The notes: generated from the sequence alone by a model not told the origin. A stretch of 64,000 nucleotides of DNA from Acidobacteriota bacterium (GCA_965205505.1 CBDBHB010000004.1:1-64000), one strand, 5' to 3'. Positions 16,909 through 28,383 are shown, counted from the first letter of the stretch. Program-made: numbers and translations.

Positions 16909-19893
16909 ATGACTAGAAGACCGAACGCTCTTTCGCGCCGTGACTTCGTCAGGGCCAGCGCAGCTGCCTGGGGCATCACAGCCCTTGGACCGCACACCAA
17001 GTCTCTGGGCGCAAATACCGACCTCGGCATATCAGTTGCCGGATTCCAGTCGCCACCTCTCTCGGCCCGGCCGATGGTCCTCTGGCCCTGGTTGAACGGA
17101 CACGTCGACCGCCGGCAGATCACGCGGGAACTGCAGGAGATGCGCGCCAAGGGTCTGCGCGGTCCGATCATCTGGGACGTCGGTAGCATCGCGGATCCCG
17201 GCAAGACGATCCTTGTCGGTCCGCCGTTCCTCGGCGACGAGTCCATCGATTCGATTCACCACGCGATCGACGAGGCCTCGCGGCTCGGTCTCGAAGTGGG
17301 GGTCTTCGCCTCGAGCAGCTGGAATGCGGGAGGCGCCTGGATCGAGCCAGAGCACGCGAGCAAGCAACTCCTCTGGGCCGAGCGTACGGTTTCCGGACCC
17401 GCCAGTTTCTCGGACGTGTTACCGGTCCCGGATGGCCTCGAAGCGCCGTTCGTCGACGTTGCGCTGCTCGCGGTCCCGGACGCGGAGCCTGAGGCCCCAC
17501 CTGTTGAGCCGGTGAACCTGGCGGGCGAGGTCGACGAATCCGGGCGGCTCTCGTGGGAGATCCCGCCGGGCGATTGGACGATCTTCCGCTTCGTCTGCTC
17601 CGGGACAGGCCAAACGCTGGAATGTCCGAGTCCGGCATCCGACGGACTGGTGGTCGACCACATGAGCGCCGCCGCGACCGATCGCCACTTCGACGTGATG
17701 CTCGACCGCCTGTTTCGTGGCGGCAAGGAGCTGAAGGCCCTCAAGCTCATGATGCTGGACAGCTTCGAGGTCTGGGAGCGTCCCGACTGGACCCCGGGGT
17801 TGGAGAGTGAGTTCCGCCAGGCCTTCGGCTACGATCCGCTCCCGTACCTCCCGATCTTCGCCGGCCATAGAACCCACCCAACCGAGCTCGGCGATCGTTT
17901 TTTGCACGACTACCGTGTCCTGGTCTCGCGCCTGATGATCACGAATCACTTCGCGCGAACGGCGACGATCCTCGACAGGCATGGTCTGAGTCTGCTGGCC
18001 GAGGTTGGTCACGGCGGGTACGCGCGCGTCGATCCCCTGGAGGCCCTCGGAGCCTCGCATATCCCGATGGGCGAGTTCTGGAACGGCAAGCAGTTCTGGG
18101 TCACGAAGGAAGCGGCGAGCGCGGCACACATCTACAGCCGCCGAGATGTGGCCGCCGAGGCGCTAACGGGTTGGCGTCATTGGAGCGACGGCCCGGCGGA
18201 GTACAAGCGACTCTTCGACATCGCGTTTTGCGCTGGATTGAATCGTCCGATTTTCCACACCTTCGCCCACAATCCTCCCGCGGCCGGCACGCCGGGGTTC
18301 GCTTATCACGCGGGCGAGCACTTCAACGTCAACTCCACCTGGTGGGAACAGGCAGGGCCGCTGGTCGAGTACCTGTCGAGGTGCAGCCACCTACTCCGGC
18401 AAGGTCAGTTCGTCGCTGACGTGTGTTTCTACTACGGTGACCAGGCCCCGAACCTCGTCCCCGCGCGTCGCATCGATTCGAAGGTCCCTCCGCCGCACGA
18501 CGAGGGCGAGTGTCAACACTGTGGCCGACCGATGCCGAACCGCATCGAGAGCCTTGGAGCCGGCTATGACTACGATTACGTGAATCGCGATATCGTAGTG
18601 CGCGACATGAAGGTGCGCGACGGGCGCTTGGTGCTGTCGAGCGGGATGGAGTATCGGCTGATCGCCCTCGCCGATCGTGACGACATCGCCCTGCCCGTGC
18701 TGCGCAAGCTGGAACAGCTGGTGCGGGAAGGCGCGACGCTCGTCGGGCGACCTCCGCAGCGTGCGAACAGCTTGGAAGGCTATCCTCACTGCGACGAGGA
18801 GGTGCGCCGACTCTCGCGTCTCCTGTGGGGAGAGGGCAACACCGAGGGTGCGCGCCGCCATGGGAAGGGCCAGGTGTTCGCCGATGTTGCCCTTCGCGAC
18901 ATCTTGAGCGGGATGGGCCTACGGCCGGACTTCTCGGTCGAGGCCCCCGTTGAGTACGAGCTCGACTATATCCACCGCCGGACGAAGAGCGAGGAACTCT
19001 ACTTCGTGGTCAACAGCGCCGACGAGCCGGCGGAGGCGGAATGCTCGTTTCGGGTTGCAGAAGGCTCCAGGCCCTTCCTGTGGAACCCCGAGGACGGCAG
19101 CGTCACGCCGTGCCCCGTCTACCGCCTCGAGGCCGGTGCGGTTCGCGTGCCACTGAAGCTTCCGTAGGTCTCCTCGGTGTTCGTGGTCTTCAGGACTGGG
19201 GAAGGGGGCGATCACATGGTCGATCTCGGCCGCAGAGGTCACGTTTCGCCGAGTCTGGTCGATCGCGACCTCGAGGTACTGGCGGTCACGCCGACTCGTG
19301 CGCGAATCCGTGTTCAGCAGGCTGGCACGTTCGAACTAGCAACGGCCAGGGGACGGTCCGCGACAGTCGAGATCCCCAATCCACTGGCCGACGTCGTGCC
19401 GGCTGGGCCCTGGATGCTGGAGTTTCCTGAAGGTCACGGCGCGCCTGCCTCCCTCGAGCTGGACGAGCTGAGGAGTTGGACCGAACTCGAACCCGAGGGC
19501 GCGCGCGCCTTCGCCGGAACCGCCCACTACACCACGACCATACAGGTGCCGGGCGCGTATCTGGACGGGAGCCACGCTCTCCAACTGGATCTCGGTGAGG
19601 TTGCCGAGGTCGCCGAAGTTTCGGTAAACGGCACGCCGATCGACATTATTTGGAACCCGCCCTTTCGCGCCGACGTGACCGGGCTGCTGAAGGCCGGAGC
19701 GAACCGCCTCGAAGTGAAGGTCACGAATCTCTGGCACAATCGCATCGTCGGTGACCTCCGGTCTCCCGAGGCAGGCGTCCACGCGCACACCAACCTGAAG
19801 CACAAGTTCAGCGCAAGTATGGAGCTGCTTCCATCAGGGCTGCTCGGGCCCGTCGTGCTGCGCTCGTCCGTCGAATTCGATATGCCGATCTGA
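16909..19893 (+). pseudogene. GH106 alpha-L-rhamnosidase-like glycosyl hydrolase (Tat signal) split by an in-frame TAG at 19165-19167
   Basis: SRRDF Tat motif; ARPMVLWPWLNG, DSFEV, PMGEFW, AAEALT, FHTFAH; ...LKLP*VSSVFVVF continues in frame to LDLGEV, VTNLWHNR, SGLLGPV. Confidence 0.85.
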
Positions 19894-19908
19894 TGAGATA
19901 GTAGTTTA

Positions 19909-20028
19909 GCGCTCGATCCGCTGAACCCGATCACCAACGCGCACGCATCGCTCTTCCTGTTCTTCGCCGGTCGCCTCGAGGAGGCGATCGCCAAGGTCGA
20001 AAAGCCACTGGCCTCGCCGGTGTGGTAG
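19909..20028 (+). pseudogene. Short remnant of a TPR protein
   Basis: ALDPLNPITNAHASLFLFFAGRLEEAIAKVEK with no start codon. Confidence 0.45.
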
Positions 20029-20048
20029 GAAGAAAGGAGCGGTAACAT

Positions 20049-20067
20049 TTTCACCACGGCCTGCTAG
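20049..20067. repeat. Solo end of a family-B element
   Basis: tttcaccacggcctgctag, identical to 14921..14939 and abutting the AGGAGG RBS of the next gene. Confidence 0.75.
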
Positions 20068-20077
20068 AGGAGGTAGG

Positions 20078-20521
20078 GTGACGAAAAGAGCAATCACCGT
20101 AGCGGTTGTAGCAGTTGTCGCACACAGTGCGTTGGCATTTGCGCAGAGCACGGAAGCGCTAGAGAAGAACAAGGCTCTGGCACATCGGTTCCACATGGAG
20201 GTCATTCAGGGGAAGAATCTGGCATTGATCGATGAGATCTTCACGGCCGATCCCGTTATTTACTATGGGTCGCCAGATGTCACAGGGCGTGAGAAGGCAA
20301 GACAAATCGCGCTGGTAGATCAAAGGGCCTTTCCGAAGAGCATGGATTTTAAACACGACAATGTTGTGGCGGAAGGAAACTTGGTTGCGTTCCATTGGAT
20401 CTTGATTGGGGTCGGGGAGTCTGGAGAGCAGGCGATTTACGAGGGAATCGACATAACGCGCATCGAAAACGGCAAGATTGCGGATTTGTGGATCGAGTTG
20501 CACGCTGTCGAAGGACAGTAG
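20078..20521 (+). CDS. Secreted SnoaL-like (NTF2 fold, ester cyclase family) protein
   Basis: Signal peptide; NKAL, VVAEGNLVAFHW, GIDITRIENGKIADLW; lower GC. Confidence 0.8.
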   Translation: MTKRAITVAVVAVVAHSALAFAQSTEALEKNKALAHRFHMEVIQGKNLALIDEIFTADPVIYYGSPDVTGREKARQIALVDQRAFPKSMDFKHDNVVAEGNLVAFHWILIGVGESGEQAIYEGIDITRIENGKIADLWIELHAVEGQ

Positions 20522-20819
20522 CGGCCTCACCGTGGGAGGCGTCCGTCTCGACGACCGTGGGACCGACGCGGGCGCGTTCCAGCAGGCCGTTGTTGATCGC
20601 TCACGCCACGCTGCCACGGGTTGGGGGTGGCTGCGAAGGAATCATCACAACCTCGTGGATCTGCACGCCCACCATGCTATTTTAGACGGTGCGGAACCGT
20701 GCTGAACCGTGAAGAGGGTCGTGCCTCCAGCCATGCGATCCATGAGTTAACGGATTGAGCTCGGTCATTCCGGGGATCAACCGGCCTGTGGCGGCGCCCG
20801 CGGTCCCCTGAGGACGGCG

Positions 20820-23279
20820 ATGAAGACATTCGCTGCAGGTGCGGCGCTCGTTACGATCTGGCTCGCCGCCGGAGGTCAGCCCGAAGAGAGCGGTGCGGCC
20901 GGGCCGGCCGCAGACCTGTTCGCCGTCGCCCATGCGATCACCGCAACGTCCCCGCCTGCGCCGGCGAAGCTGAACCCGATCATCCGACAGTACTGCGTCC
21001 GCTGCCACAACGACCAGATGCTGCGTGGCAACCTCTCGCTCGAGACGTTCGATGTCGCCGCAGCGCACGAGCGCGCTGCGACGGCCGAGAAGATGATCAT
21101 CAAGCTCCGGGCCGGAATGATGCCGCCACCCGGCGAACGCCGGCCGGGCCCCGACACGCTCCGGACGCTCGCCGAGGCTCTCGAGAGCGTCGTCGACGAG
21201 GCCGCCGCGGTGGATCCGAATCCCGGGGCGCGCCGATTCCAGCGTCTCAATCGGGCAGAGTACGAGCGCGTGATTCGTGATCTCCTGGCGCTCGAGGTGG
21301 ACGCCACCCGGTGGCTCCCCGCCGATATCTACCTGGGCAACTTCGACAACATGTCGGACGCGCAAGGGCTTTCGACTACGCTGCTCGAAGCGTACCTGCG
21401 GGCCGCGGCGGATGTCAGTCGGTCGGCGGTCGGCAACCCGGCAGCGCTTTCCAGCAGTGCCAAGTACACCAACCTCATCGAGGTGTCGCAACACGCGTGG
21501 GACCACATCGAGGGAGCACCTTTCGGGACACGTGGCGGGATGGTTGTTACGCACGAGTTCCCCGCCGATGGGGAGTACGTGTTCTCGATCGAGACCCAGT
21601 TCGGGAAAGGGATGGGAGTCGAAGACATCGACATCTCGATCGATGGCGAAGGTGTGGCTCTCCTGGCTCTGGCGCTGCCACGTGCGGAACGCCGGAGGCC
21701 CGGAGACGCTGCCGATGTTCCGTTCCGCACCGAGCCTGTCTTCGTCCGCGCCGGCCAGCGCCGCGTCTCGGCGGCGTTCGTCCGCAAGATCGAGGGTCCG
21801 TACGAGGATCGTCTGAGCCCGCATGCGTCGTCGTCTGTCGGGGGTGAGGACTCCGAGGCCTGGGCCAATTATGGGCTCACCGTGTTGCCGCATCTCAAAG
21901 TATTGATGATCACCGGGCCTCAGCGCCCGAGCGGCCTCTCGGAGACGGCCAGCCGCCAGAAGATCTTCAGCTGCCACCCGTCTACCCCCGACGAAGAACG
22001 TCCGTGCGCCGAAGCGATCGTCTCGCGCCTCGTCCTGGGGGCGTACCGCCGGCCGGCCACGGCGGAAGATCTCGCTGGCCCCATGTCCTTCTATGATCGC
22101 GCCGCCGCAGAGGCCGGGTTCGAGATCGGAGTCCGAACCGCGCTTCAGGCAATCCTGGCGAGTCCGTTGTTCATCTACCGCCTCGAGCGCGAACCCTCCG
22201 GCCTGCGGCCGGGGGAGAGCTACCGTTTGGGCGACCTCGATCTCGCCTCCCGTCTCTCGTTCTTTCTGTGGGCCACCGGCCCGGATCACGAATTGCTCGA
22301 GCTGGCGGCAAAAGGCCAGCTTTCCGAGCCGGGAATCTTGGAACAGCAGGTCGAACGGATGCTGCAGGATCCGCGCTCAGAGGCGCTCGCGACGCGTTTC
22401 GCGTCGCAGTGGCTGCGCCTACAGGACACCGCCGACAACGAGCCCGAGCCCTTTCTATATCCTGATTTCACCGGCCAGCTACGCGACGACCTGGTGCGCG
22501 AGACTCAGCGGTTCTTCGATTACCTAGTCCGCGAGGATCGTAGCCTTCTCGAGCTGCTCACGGCGGACTACACGTTCTTAAACGAGCGCCTGGCGCGTCA
22601 CTACGGAATTCCGGGCGTGACGGGTTCCCACTTCCGTCGGGTCAGCTATCCCGACGATATGCGCCGCGGCGTCCTCGGTCACGGAAGCGTCCTGTTGCTG
22701 ACCTCGATGTCGGCTCGAACGTCGCCGGTACTCCGCGGCAAGTGGGTGATGGAAGTGCTCATGGGCACGCCGCCACCCCCGCCGCCGCCCGACATTCCGG
22801 CGTTCGAGGAGACCGAGAGCGCCGCGGCGGGCCGCCGCCTGACGACGCGCGAGCGGCTGGAGATTCACCGTGCCAACCCGACCTGCCACTCCTGCCACCG
22901 GTTCATGGATCCGATCGGCCTGGCGCTGGACAGCTACGACGTGACCGGACGCCTGCGAATTCGCGAGAACGGCGCGCCGCTCGACACGCGAGGCACGTAC
23001 TACGACGGTACGGATGTGAGCACGCCGAGCGAGCTCACAGACCTGCTCATGAAGCGTCCGATCCCGCTGGTGCGGAACTTCGCTGCGAACCTACTCGCGT
23101 ACGCCATGGGTCGACGCGTCGAGTATTACGACCAACCCGAGATCCGGGCCCTTGTTCGTGAAGCAGAGGCGAACGACTATCGGATGTCCTCGTTCATTCT
23201 GGGAATTGTGAAGAGCGTTCCGTTCCGCATGATGCGATCTGGCGCGATCGCTGACCAACAGGCCGAGCCGGAGAACTAG
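20820..23279 (+). CDS. DUF1592/DUF1588/DUF1585/DUF1587/DUF1595 domain c-type cytochrome
   Basis: CVRCH and CHSCH heme motifs; QRLNRAEY, LASRLSFFLW, TSPVLRGKW, LLAYAMGR. Confidence 0.9.
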   Translation: MKTFAAGAALVTIWLAAGGQPEESGAAGPAADLFAVAHAITATSPPAPAKLNPIIRQYCVRCHNDQMLRGNLSLETFDVAAAHERAATAEKMIIKLRAGMMPPPGERRPGPDTLRTLAEALESVVDEAAAVDPNPGARRFQRLNRAEYERVIRDLLALEVDATRWLPADIYLGNFDNMSDAQGLSTTLLEAYLRAAADVSRSAVGNPAALSSSAKYTNLIEVSQHAWDHIEGAPFGTRGGMVVTHEFPADGEYVFSIETQFGKGMGVEDIDISIDGEGVALLALALPRAERRRPGDAADVPFRTEPVFVRAGQRRVSAAFVRKIEGPYEDRLSPHASSSVGGEDSEAWANYGLTVLPHLKVLMITGPQRPSGLSETASRQKIFSCHPSTPDEERPCAEAIVSRLVLGAYRRPATAEDLAGPMSFYDRAAAEAGFEIGVRTALQAILASPLFIYRLEREPSGLRPGESYRLGDLDLASRLSFFLWATGPDHELLELAAKGQLSEPGILEQQVERMLQDPRSEALATRFASQWLRLQDTADNEPEPFLYPDFTGQLRDDLVRETQRFFDYLVREDRSLLELLTADYTFLNERLARHYGIPGVTGSHFRRVSYPDDMRRGVLGHGSVLLLTSMSARTSPVLRGKWVMEVLMGTPPPPPPPDIPAFEETESAAAGRRLTTRERLEIHRANPTCHSCHRFMDPIGLALDSYDVTGRLRIRENGAPLDTRGTYYDGTDVSTPSELTDLLMKRPIPLVRNFAANLLAYAMGRRVEYYDQPEIRALVREAEANDYRMSSFILGIVKSVPFRMMRSGAIADQQAEPEN

Positions 23280-23282
23280 ATC

Positions 23283-24707
23283 ATGGAATTCATCACTGGA
23301 AAACACCTCTCTCGCCGCTCGTTCATCCGCGGCACGGGTGTAGGCGTGGCGTTGCCGTTCCTGGATGCGATGGTGCCCGCGGGGCGGCTCTGGCGAGGCA
23401 GTAAGGTCGAGCCAGGCTTTACGCGGCTGGTGTGCATCGAGGAGTCTATGGGCGCCGCCGGTTGTAGCGACTGGGGCGCCGCCCGCCACCTCTTCGCTCC
23501 GGCGAAGATCGGCCGCGACTTCGACTTCGCTACGGGCAGCCAGCTGGCGCCGCTCGCCGACTTCCGCGAGCACATGACGATCGTGAGCAATACGGACTGT
23601 CGGTCGGCAGAAGCGTGGCGTGCGGAGGAGATCGGCGGCGACCACGACCGATCGACGGCCGTGTTCCTGACCCAGGCGCACCCCAAGCAGACGCAGGGCT
23701 CGGACGTCTTCCTCGGAACATCGCTCGATCAGCTTCACGCGCAGCGTTTCGGGCGCGACACCGTGCTGCCTTCGCTCGAGCTATGCATCGAGGACACTGA
23801 CCGCGGCGGTGGCTGCAATTACAACTACCACTGCGCATACACGAACTCGCTGTCCTGGGCGTCTCCCGACCAACCGCTCCCGGCGATCCGAGAGCCTCGG
23901 GTAGTGTTCGAGCGGCTGTTCGGTGCCGGCGACACGCCGGAAGACCGTGCGGCCCGACGTCGCACGGACCGGAGCCTGATCGACTGGATCGCGACCGAGG
24001 TGACGCGCCTCAAGCGGAGCCTGGGAGCCGTGGATCGTCGGGCGCTCGACCAGCACGTGGAGTACATCCGAGAGATCGAGCGGCGGATCCAGCTTGTCGA
24101 GGCACGCAACAGCAGTGGCGTGGAGCGCGAGATGCCCGAGGCGCCTTCAGGTGTTCCGGACTCGTTCGATGAGCACATGCAGCTGATGTTCGATCTGCAG
24201 GTGCTGGCGCTACAGAGCGATCTCACGCGTGTCATCACGTTCAAGACGGGAGTCGATCTGTCAAACCGCGTCTTCCCGCAGAGCGGGGTCACGAAGTCGA
24301 TTCACGGGACCTCGCACCACGGCAATGTCTCCGCGGAGATCATGGACTTCCACACGATCAACACCTACCGCCTCGGCCAGCTCGAGTACTTTCTCCGCAA
24401 GCTGCGGGACACGTCGGACGGCGATGCTTCGCTGCTCGACAAGACGGCGATTATCTGGGGATCTCCGATGGCCGACCCCAATCTTCACAACCACCGTAGG
24501 GCGCCGCTTCTGCTAATGGGAGGCGCCAACGGGGCCCTCGAAGGCGGCCTGCACGTACGCGCCGGCGACGGCACGCCCATGGCGAACGCACTCCTGAGTG
24601 TGATGCAGAAGATCGGGCATGAGGAGATGGAGACGTTCGGCGACAGCACCGGCACGCTCTCGCTGGACTACTCGCCCGGGGCTTCGACCGGAGGTGACGC
24701 CCGATGA
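23283..24707 (+). CDS. DUF1552 domain protein
   Basis: LSRRSFIRGTGVGVALPFLDAM, SLDQ, SLEL, PRVVFERLFG, LQSDLTRV, SHH. Confidence 0.9.
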   Translation: MEFITGKHLSRRSFIRGTGVGVALPFLDAMVPAGRLWRGSKVEPGFTRLVCIEESMGAAGCSDWGAARHLFAPAKIGRDFDFATGSQLAPLADFREHMTIVSNTDCRSAEAWRAEEIGGDHDRSTAVFLTQAHPKQTQGSDVFLGTSLDQLHAQRFGRDTVLPSLELCIEDTDRGGGCNYNYHCAYTNSLSWASPDQPLPAIREPRVVFERLFGAGDTPEDRAARRRTDRSLIDWIATEVTRLKRSLGAVDRRALDQHVEYIREIERRIQLVEARNSSGVEREMPEAPSGVPDSFDEHMQLMFDLQVLALQSDLTRVITFKTGVDLSNRVFPQSGVTKSIHGTSHHGNVSAEIMDFHTINTYRLGQLEYFLRKLRDTSDGDASLLDKTAIIWGSPMADPNLHNHRRAPLLLMGGANGALEGGLHVRAGDGTPMANALLSVMQKIGHEEMETFGDSTGTLSLDYSPGASTGGDAR

Positions 24708-26671
24708 GAGCACGCTCGCTCGTGGCCGTGAGGCCAGTCCTCTTGCCCGCCTTGATCGCGTTCCTATGCGCCGCCGCCTTCTCGCCTGCGATCCCCATCA
24801 TCGATGCGGCGCGCCGGGGAGACGCCGATGCCGTTGGCGCGCTCTTGGAGAGCGGTGCCGACGTGAACGCCGCGCAGGGCGACGGCATGACCGCATTGCA
24901 CTGGGCGGCAGAGCGCGGCCAGGCGATCGTTGCCGAGCAGCTGATCTCGGCGTCCGCCGACGTGAGCGCCAGGACACGCATCGGTAGCTACACGCCGCTG
25001 CATCTGGCGGCGCGCAGTGGGCATGGTTCGATAGTCCACCTGTTGCTCGAGGCTGGTAGCGACCCCGGAGCGGCCACTACGAACAGCGGCGTCACCCCCC
25101 TGCACCTCGCCGCTGCAGCGAGCGGTGGCGCCGACGCCGTCGCCGCGCTCCTGGCTCACGGTGCCGACCCCAATGCCCTGGAATGGTCGGCCGGCCAGAG
25201 CCCGTTGATGTTTGCGGCCGGATCCAATCGTGCCGAGGCCGTGCGGGTGCTCCTCGAGGGCGGTGCAGATCAGGCGATCAGCACGGAGGTCGTCGACGTC
25301 CTGCGGCGCCTAGCAATGGACCGCGAGGCAACACGGCGTTTTCAGGAGATGCTCGATGAGCCGGGGGCCGCCACGGACGGTATCGCGCCGGCGGCTGACC
25401 TGGCCACTGCGTCCGGGGAGCCGAGCCCCGCCCAGGTGCGCGCTGCCGTCGGCGTCCAGCGGGAGTTCCTGCGGTCGAAACACGATGTCGGGGAGGTCGA
25501 CCCGTACTCCCTGGCGAGGATGCGTTCCGACTATCCTGGCGGCCCGGAAATTGCGCGGCCTCCTTGGCGGGAGACCCTGGTGAGGGTGACCGGAGGCATG
25601 ACGGCGCTGCTGCACGCGGTCCGGGAAGGTCACATCGACGCCGCCGTCGCGCTGCTGGACGGCGGTGCGGACGTGAACCAGCCAAGCGGGGGAGATCAAA
25701 CCAGCCCGCTGCTGATGGCGACGCTCAACGGTCAGTTCGACCTGGCGCTAATTCTCCTCGAGGCGGGCGCCGACCCTGACCTGGCCGCTTCCACCGACGG
25801 AGCCACGCCCCTGTTCGCCGTCCTGCAAACACAGTGGGCCCCGAGATCGATCTATCCGCAGCCCCGGGCGCAGGATCAACAGCGGGCCGGGTACCGAGAA
25901 GTGCTGGACGCCCTGCTCGAAGCCGACGCTGATCCGAACGTCCGGCTGACGACCCACCTGTGGTATTGGGAGTACGGGGTCATGAAGATGGGGCTCGATC
26001 TGACCGGCGCGACGCCCTTCTGGCGCGCCGCGTTCGCCCAGGATCTCGAGGCCATGAAGCTGCTGGTGGCGCATGGCGCAGATCCAAACATCCCGACTCG
26101 CTGGCCGGCGATCGGGATGCGCGAGAGACGGCAGCAGGACGGGCGATTGCAGGAGGACTCAGGCCTCCCGCAGATTCCTGAGGGGGCGCCGAACGCCTAT
26201 CCGATCCATGCAGCCGCGGGCGGTGGATATCTCGGGCTCGGTGCCTTCAGCCTACAGAGCGTGCCGGACCAGTTTCTCCCGGCAGTGAAGTACCTGGTTG
26301 AAGAGCATGGTGCCGACGTGAACCTCCCCGACTCCTGGCTCTACACGCCGATGCACTACGCCGCATCGCGCGGCGACAACGAGCTTATCGAGTACCTCGT
26401 GGCGCAGGGCAGCGACGTGACCGTACTCACACGATTGGGACAGTCGGCCGCCGACATGGCGCGTGGCGGTCAGGCAGGCTTCTTCAAGCGCGCTGCGTAC
26501 CCCGAGACGGTCGAATTACTCACCAGCCTCGGCTCGACCCTCGAGTGCCTCAACACGCATTTCCTCGGCACCGGAGACGTCTGCGAAGCCGCTGGCGTCA
26601 ACGATCCGTGGGCGCCGACTGCGGAAGGTGACGAGTCTGCGCCATCGGGGAACCCAAAGACACCGCGTTAG
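24704..26671 (+). CDS. Secreted ankyrin-repeat protein
   Basis: Repeated GMTALHWAA/TPLHLAA/GADVN units; signal peptide; ATGA overlap with DUF1552. Confidence 0.9.
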   Translation: MRARSLVAVRPVLLPALIAFLCAAAFSPAIPIIDAARRGDADAVGALLESGADVNAAQGDGMTALHWAAERGQAIVAEQLISASADVSARTRIGSYTPLHLAARSGHGSIVHLLLEAGSDPGAATTNSGVTPLHLAAAASGGADAVAALLAHGADPNALEWSAGQSPLMFAAGSNRAEAVRVLLEGGADQAISTEVVDVLRRLAMDREATRRFQEMLDEPGAATDGIAPAADLATASGEPSPAQVRAAVGVQREFLRSKHDVGEVDPYSLARMRSDYPGGPEIARPPWRETLVRVTGGMTALLHAVREGHIDAAVALLDGGADVNQPSGGDQTSPLLMATLNGQFDLALILLEAGADPDLAASTDGATPLFAVLQTQWAPRSIYPQPRAQDQQRAGYREVLDALLEADADPNVRLTTHLWYWEYGVMKMGLDLTGATPFWRAAFAQDLEAMKLLVAHGADPNIPTRWPAIGMRERRQQDGRLQEDSGLPQIPEGAPNAYPIHAAAGGGYLGLGAFSLQSVPDQFLPAVKYLVEEHGADVNLPDSWLYTPMHYAASRGDNELIEYLVAQGSDVTVLTRLGQSAADMARGGQAGFFKRAAYPETVELLTSLGSTLECLNTHFLGTGDVCEAAGVNDPWAPTAEGDESAPSGNPKTPR

Positions 26672-26725
26672 CGCGGACAGCTGCGACGGCACACGGCTAC
26701 CCCGCTAGCCACTCAGGGAGAGGCC

Positions 26726-27880
26726 ATGAGGACTCGTTGCGCTCTGCTCGTCGTCGTGTGTGTCTTCGTGGCGGTCTTGCCCGCCTGCGTGGACGAAGAC
26801 CCGGCTCCACCGCTTGCGGATTCGAGCGAATCGATTACCAAGGGCGGCGACGACAGGACGGGGCATTACGACGTCGCGGAAGGTTGGTGGAAGGCTGCAC
26901 CTGACCACGACGACGAGTGGTCGTGGGGGCAAGTGGCGGGCGTTGCGGTGGACCACCCCGACCGGATCATCGTGGTGACGCGCGGCGACTGGCCGGCGGA
27001 CCGAGCGCAGCCCAGGGAGGGGCGGCTGCGCCGCACCAACTTCATCGTCGTCGCCGATGGAAACGGAAACATCGTCGAGCAGTGGAGCCAGTGGGACTCG
27101 ATCTTGACCCTGCCGCATCAGGTCTACATCAGCCCCTACGATCCGGAGCGACACGTCTGGGTCATCGACAGCGGGGGCACTGACGGCCACCACCAGGTCT
27201 TGAAGTTCAGCAACGATGGCAGCGAGCTGGTGATGCAGCTCGGCGAGCGCGACCATCCGAAGACCCGCGAGGCGGCGCGCGCACGGTTCGACTGGGGTCC
27301 GCATACCTATGGCTGGCCGTCGAAGCTGGCGTTCCTCCCCGACGGCAGCTTCCTGCTCGCCGACGGGTACTGGAACTCACGTATCCTCAAGTACACGGAG
27401 GATGGCGAGTTGGTGGTGCAGTGGGGAGCGCTGGGAGACGGCCCAGGCGAATTCGATCTGCTCCACGGTCTCGCCGTCGATGAGGATCGCGTCTATGTCG
27501 GCGACCGGCAGAATCAGCGCATCCAGGTCTTCACCCACGAGGGCGAGTTCATCGAGGAATGGCCGAACATCTTCGATCCGGTCAACATCTGGGTCGACGA
27601 GAGCCATGCGGTCTGGGTGATCGACGCGAGCTTGAACCGGGTTCTCAAGTACAGCCGCGAAGGTGAGCTCCAGTACCACTGGGGGACCTATGGCCAGGCA
27701 GCTGCGCTGGGGCGGGCGACCTGGCCGGGCGGCCTGTCACGTCTGCATCAGCTCGATTTGGATGCGGACGGCAACCTTTACATTGCCTCCTACACCGGCG
27801 GCTGGGTGAACAAGTTCATCCCGAAGCCGGATGCCGATCCGAGCAAGCTCCTGGGCAGGCGGCTGCTGCTCTTGAACTAG
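26726..27880 (+). CDS. NHL-repeat beta-propeller lipoprotein (peptidyl-alpha-hydroxyglycine lyase-like)
   Basis: LPAC lipobox; ADGYWNSRI, GPGEFDLLHGLAVD, VGDRQNQRIQVF. Confidence 0.85.
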   Translation: MRTRCALLVVVCVFVAVLPACVDEDPAPPLADSSESITKGGDDRTGHYDVAEGWWKAAPDHDDEWSWGQVAGVAVDHPDRIIVVTRGDWPADRAQPREGRLRRTNFIVVADGNGNIVEQWSQWDSILTLPHQVYISPYDPERHVWVIDSGGTDGHHQVLKFSNDGSELVMQLGERDHPKTREAARARFDWGPHTYGWPSKLAFLPDGSFLLADGYWNSRILKYTEDGELVVQWGALGDGPGEFDLLHGLAVDEDRVYVGDRQNQRIQVFTHEGEFIEEWPNIFDPVNIWVDESHAVWVIDASLNRVLKYSREGELQYHWGTYGQAAALGRATWPGGLSRLHQLDLDADGNLYIASYTGGWVNKFIPKPDADPSKLLGRRLLLLN

Positions 27881-28104
27881 GGGCGTTGCTTCAATCCTGT
27901 CGCCGAGGTTGAGGGCAACCCATGTGTGGGCGGGAGCGTGACCTCCCCCCCGAACGGATCCAGATCGGCGAGTTCCCCTGCAATAGTGGCGATCCGTCCG
28001 CCCGGCGCGTTCTGACACTTTCCTTACAACTTCCGAACTGACCTGACCCCCCAAAACGGATCCAGAGGTAATCTCACGATCTGGGTCGAAAAGGGGAGGT
28101 CAGA

Positions 28105-28383
28105 ATGCCGACGAAGAGGCACAGCGCCGAGCAGATCGTACGCAAGCTCCGGGAGGCTGAAGTGGAGCAGGCGCAAGGCGGGACGGTCAAGGATGCCTGC
28201 CGCAAGCTAGCGATCACCGAGCACACCTACTATCGGTGGCGGCGGGAGTACGGGGGGCTGAAGGTCAACCAGGCCAGAAGGCTCAAGCAGCTGGAGAAAG
28301 AAAACGCCCGGCTCAAGAAACTGGTGGCGGAGAAAGAGCTCGACCTGTCGATCCTGAAGGAAGTCGCGGAGGGAAACTTCTGA
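28105..28383 (+). CDS. IS3 transposase OrfA (HTH)
   Basis: [35 protein letters not shown]. Confidence 0.92.
   Translation: MPTKRHSAEQIVRKLREAEVEQAQGGTVKDACRKLAITEHTYYRWRREYGGLKVNQARRLKQLEKENARLKKLVAEKELDLSILKEVAEGNF

Noticed and set aside
18511-18525. CQHCG as a heme c site
   Set aside because: It lacks the His after the second Cys (CxxCH)
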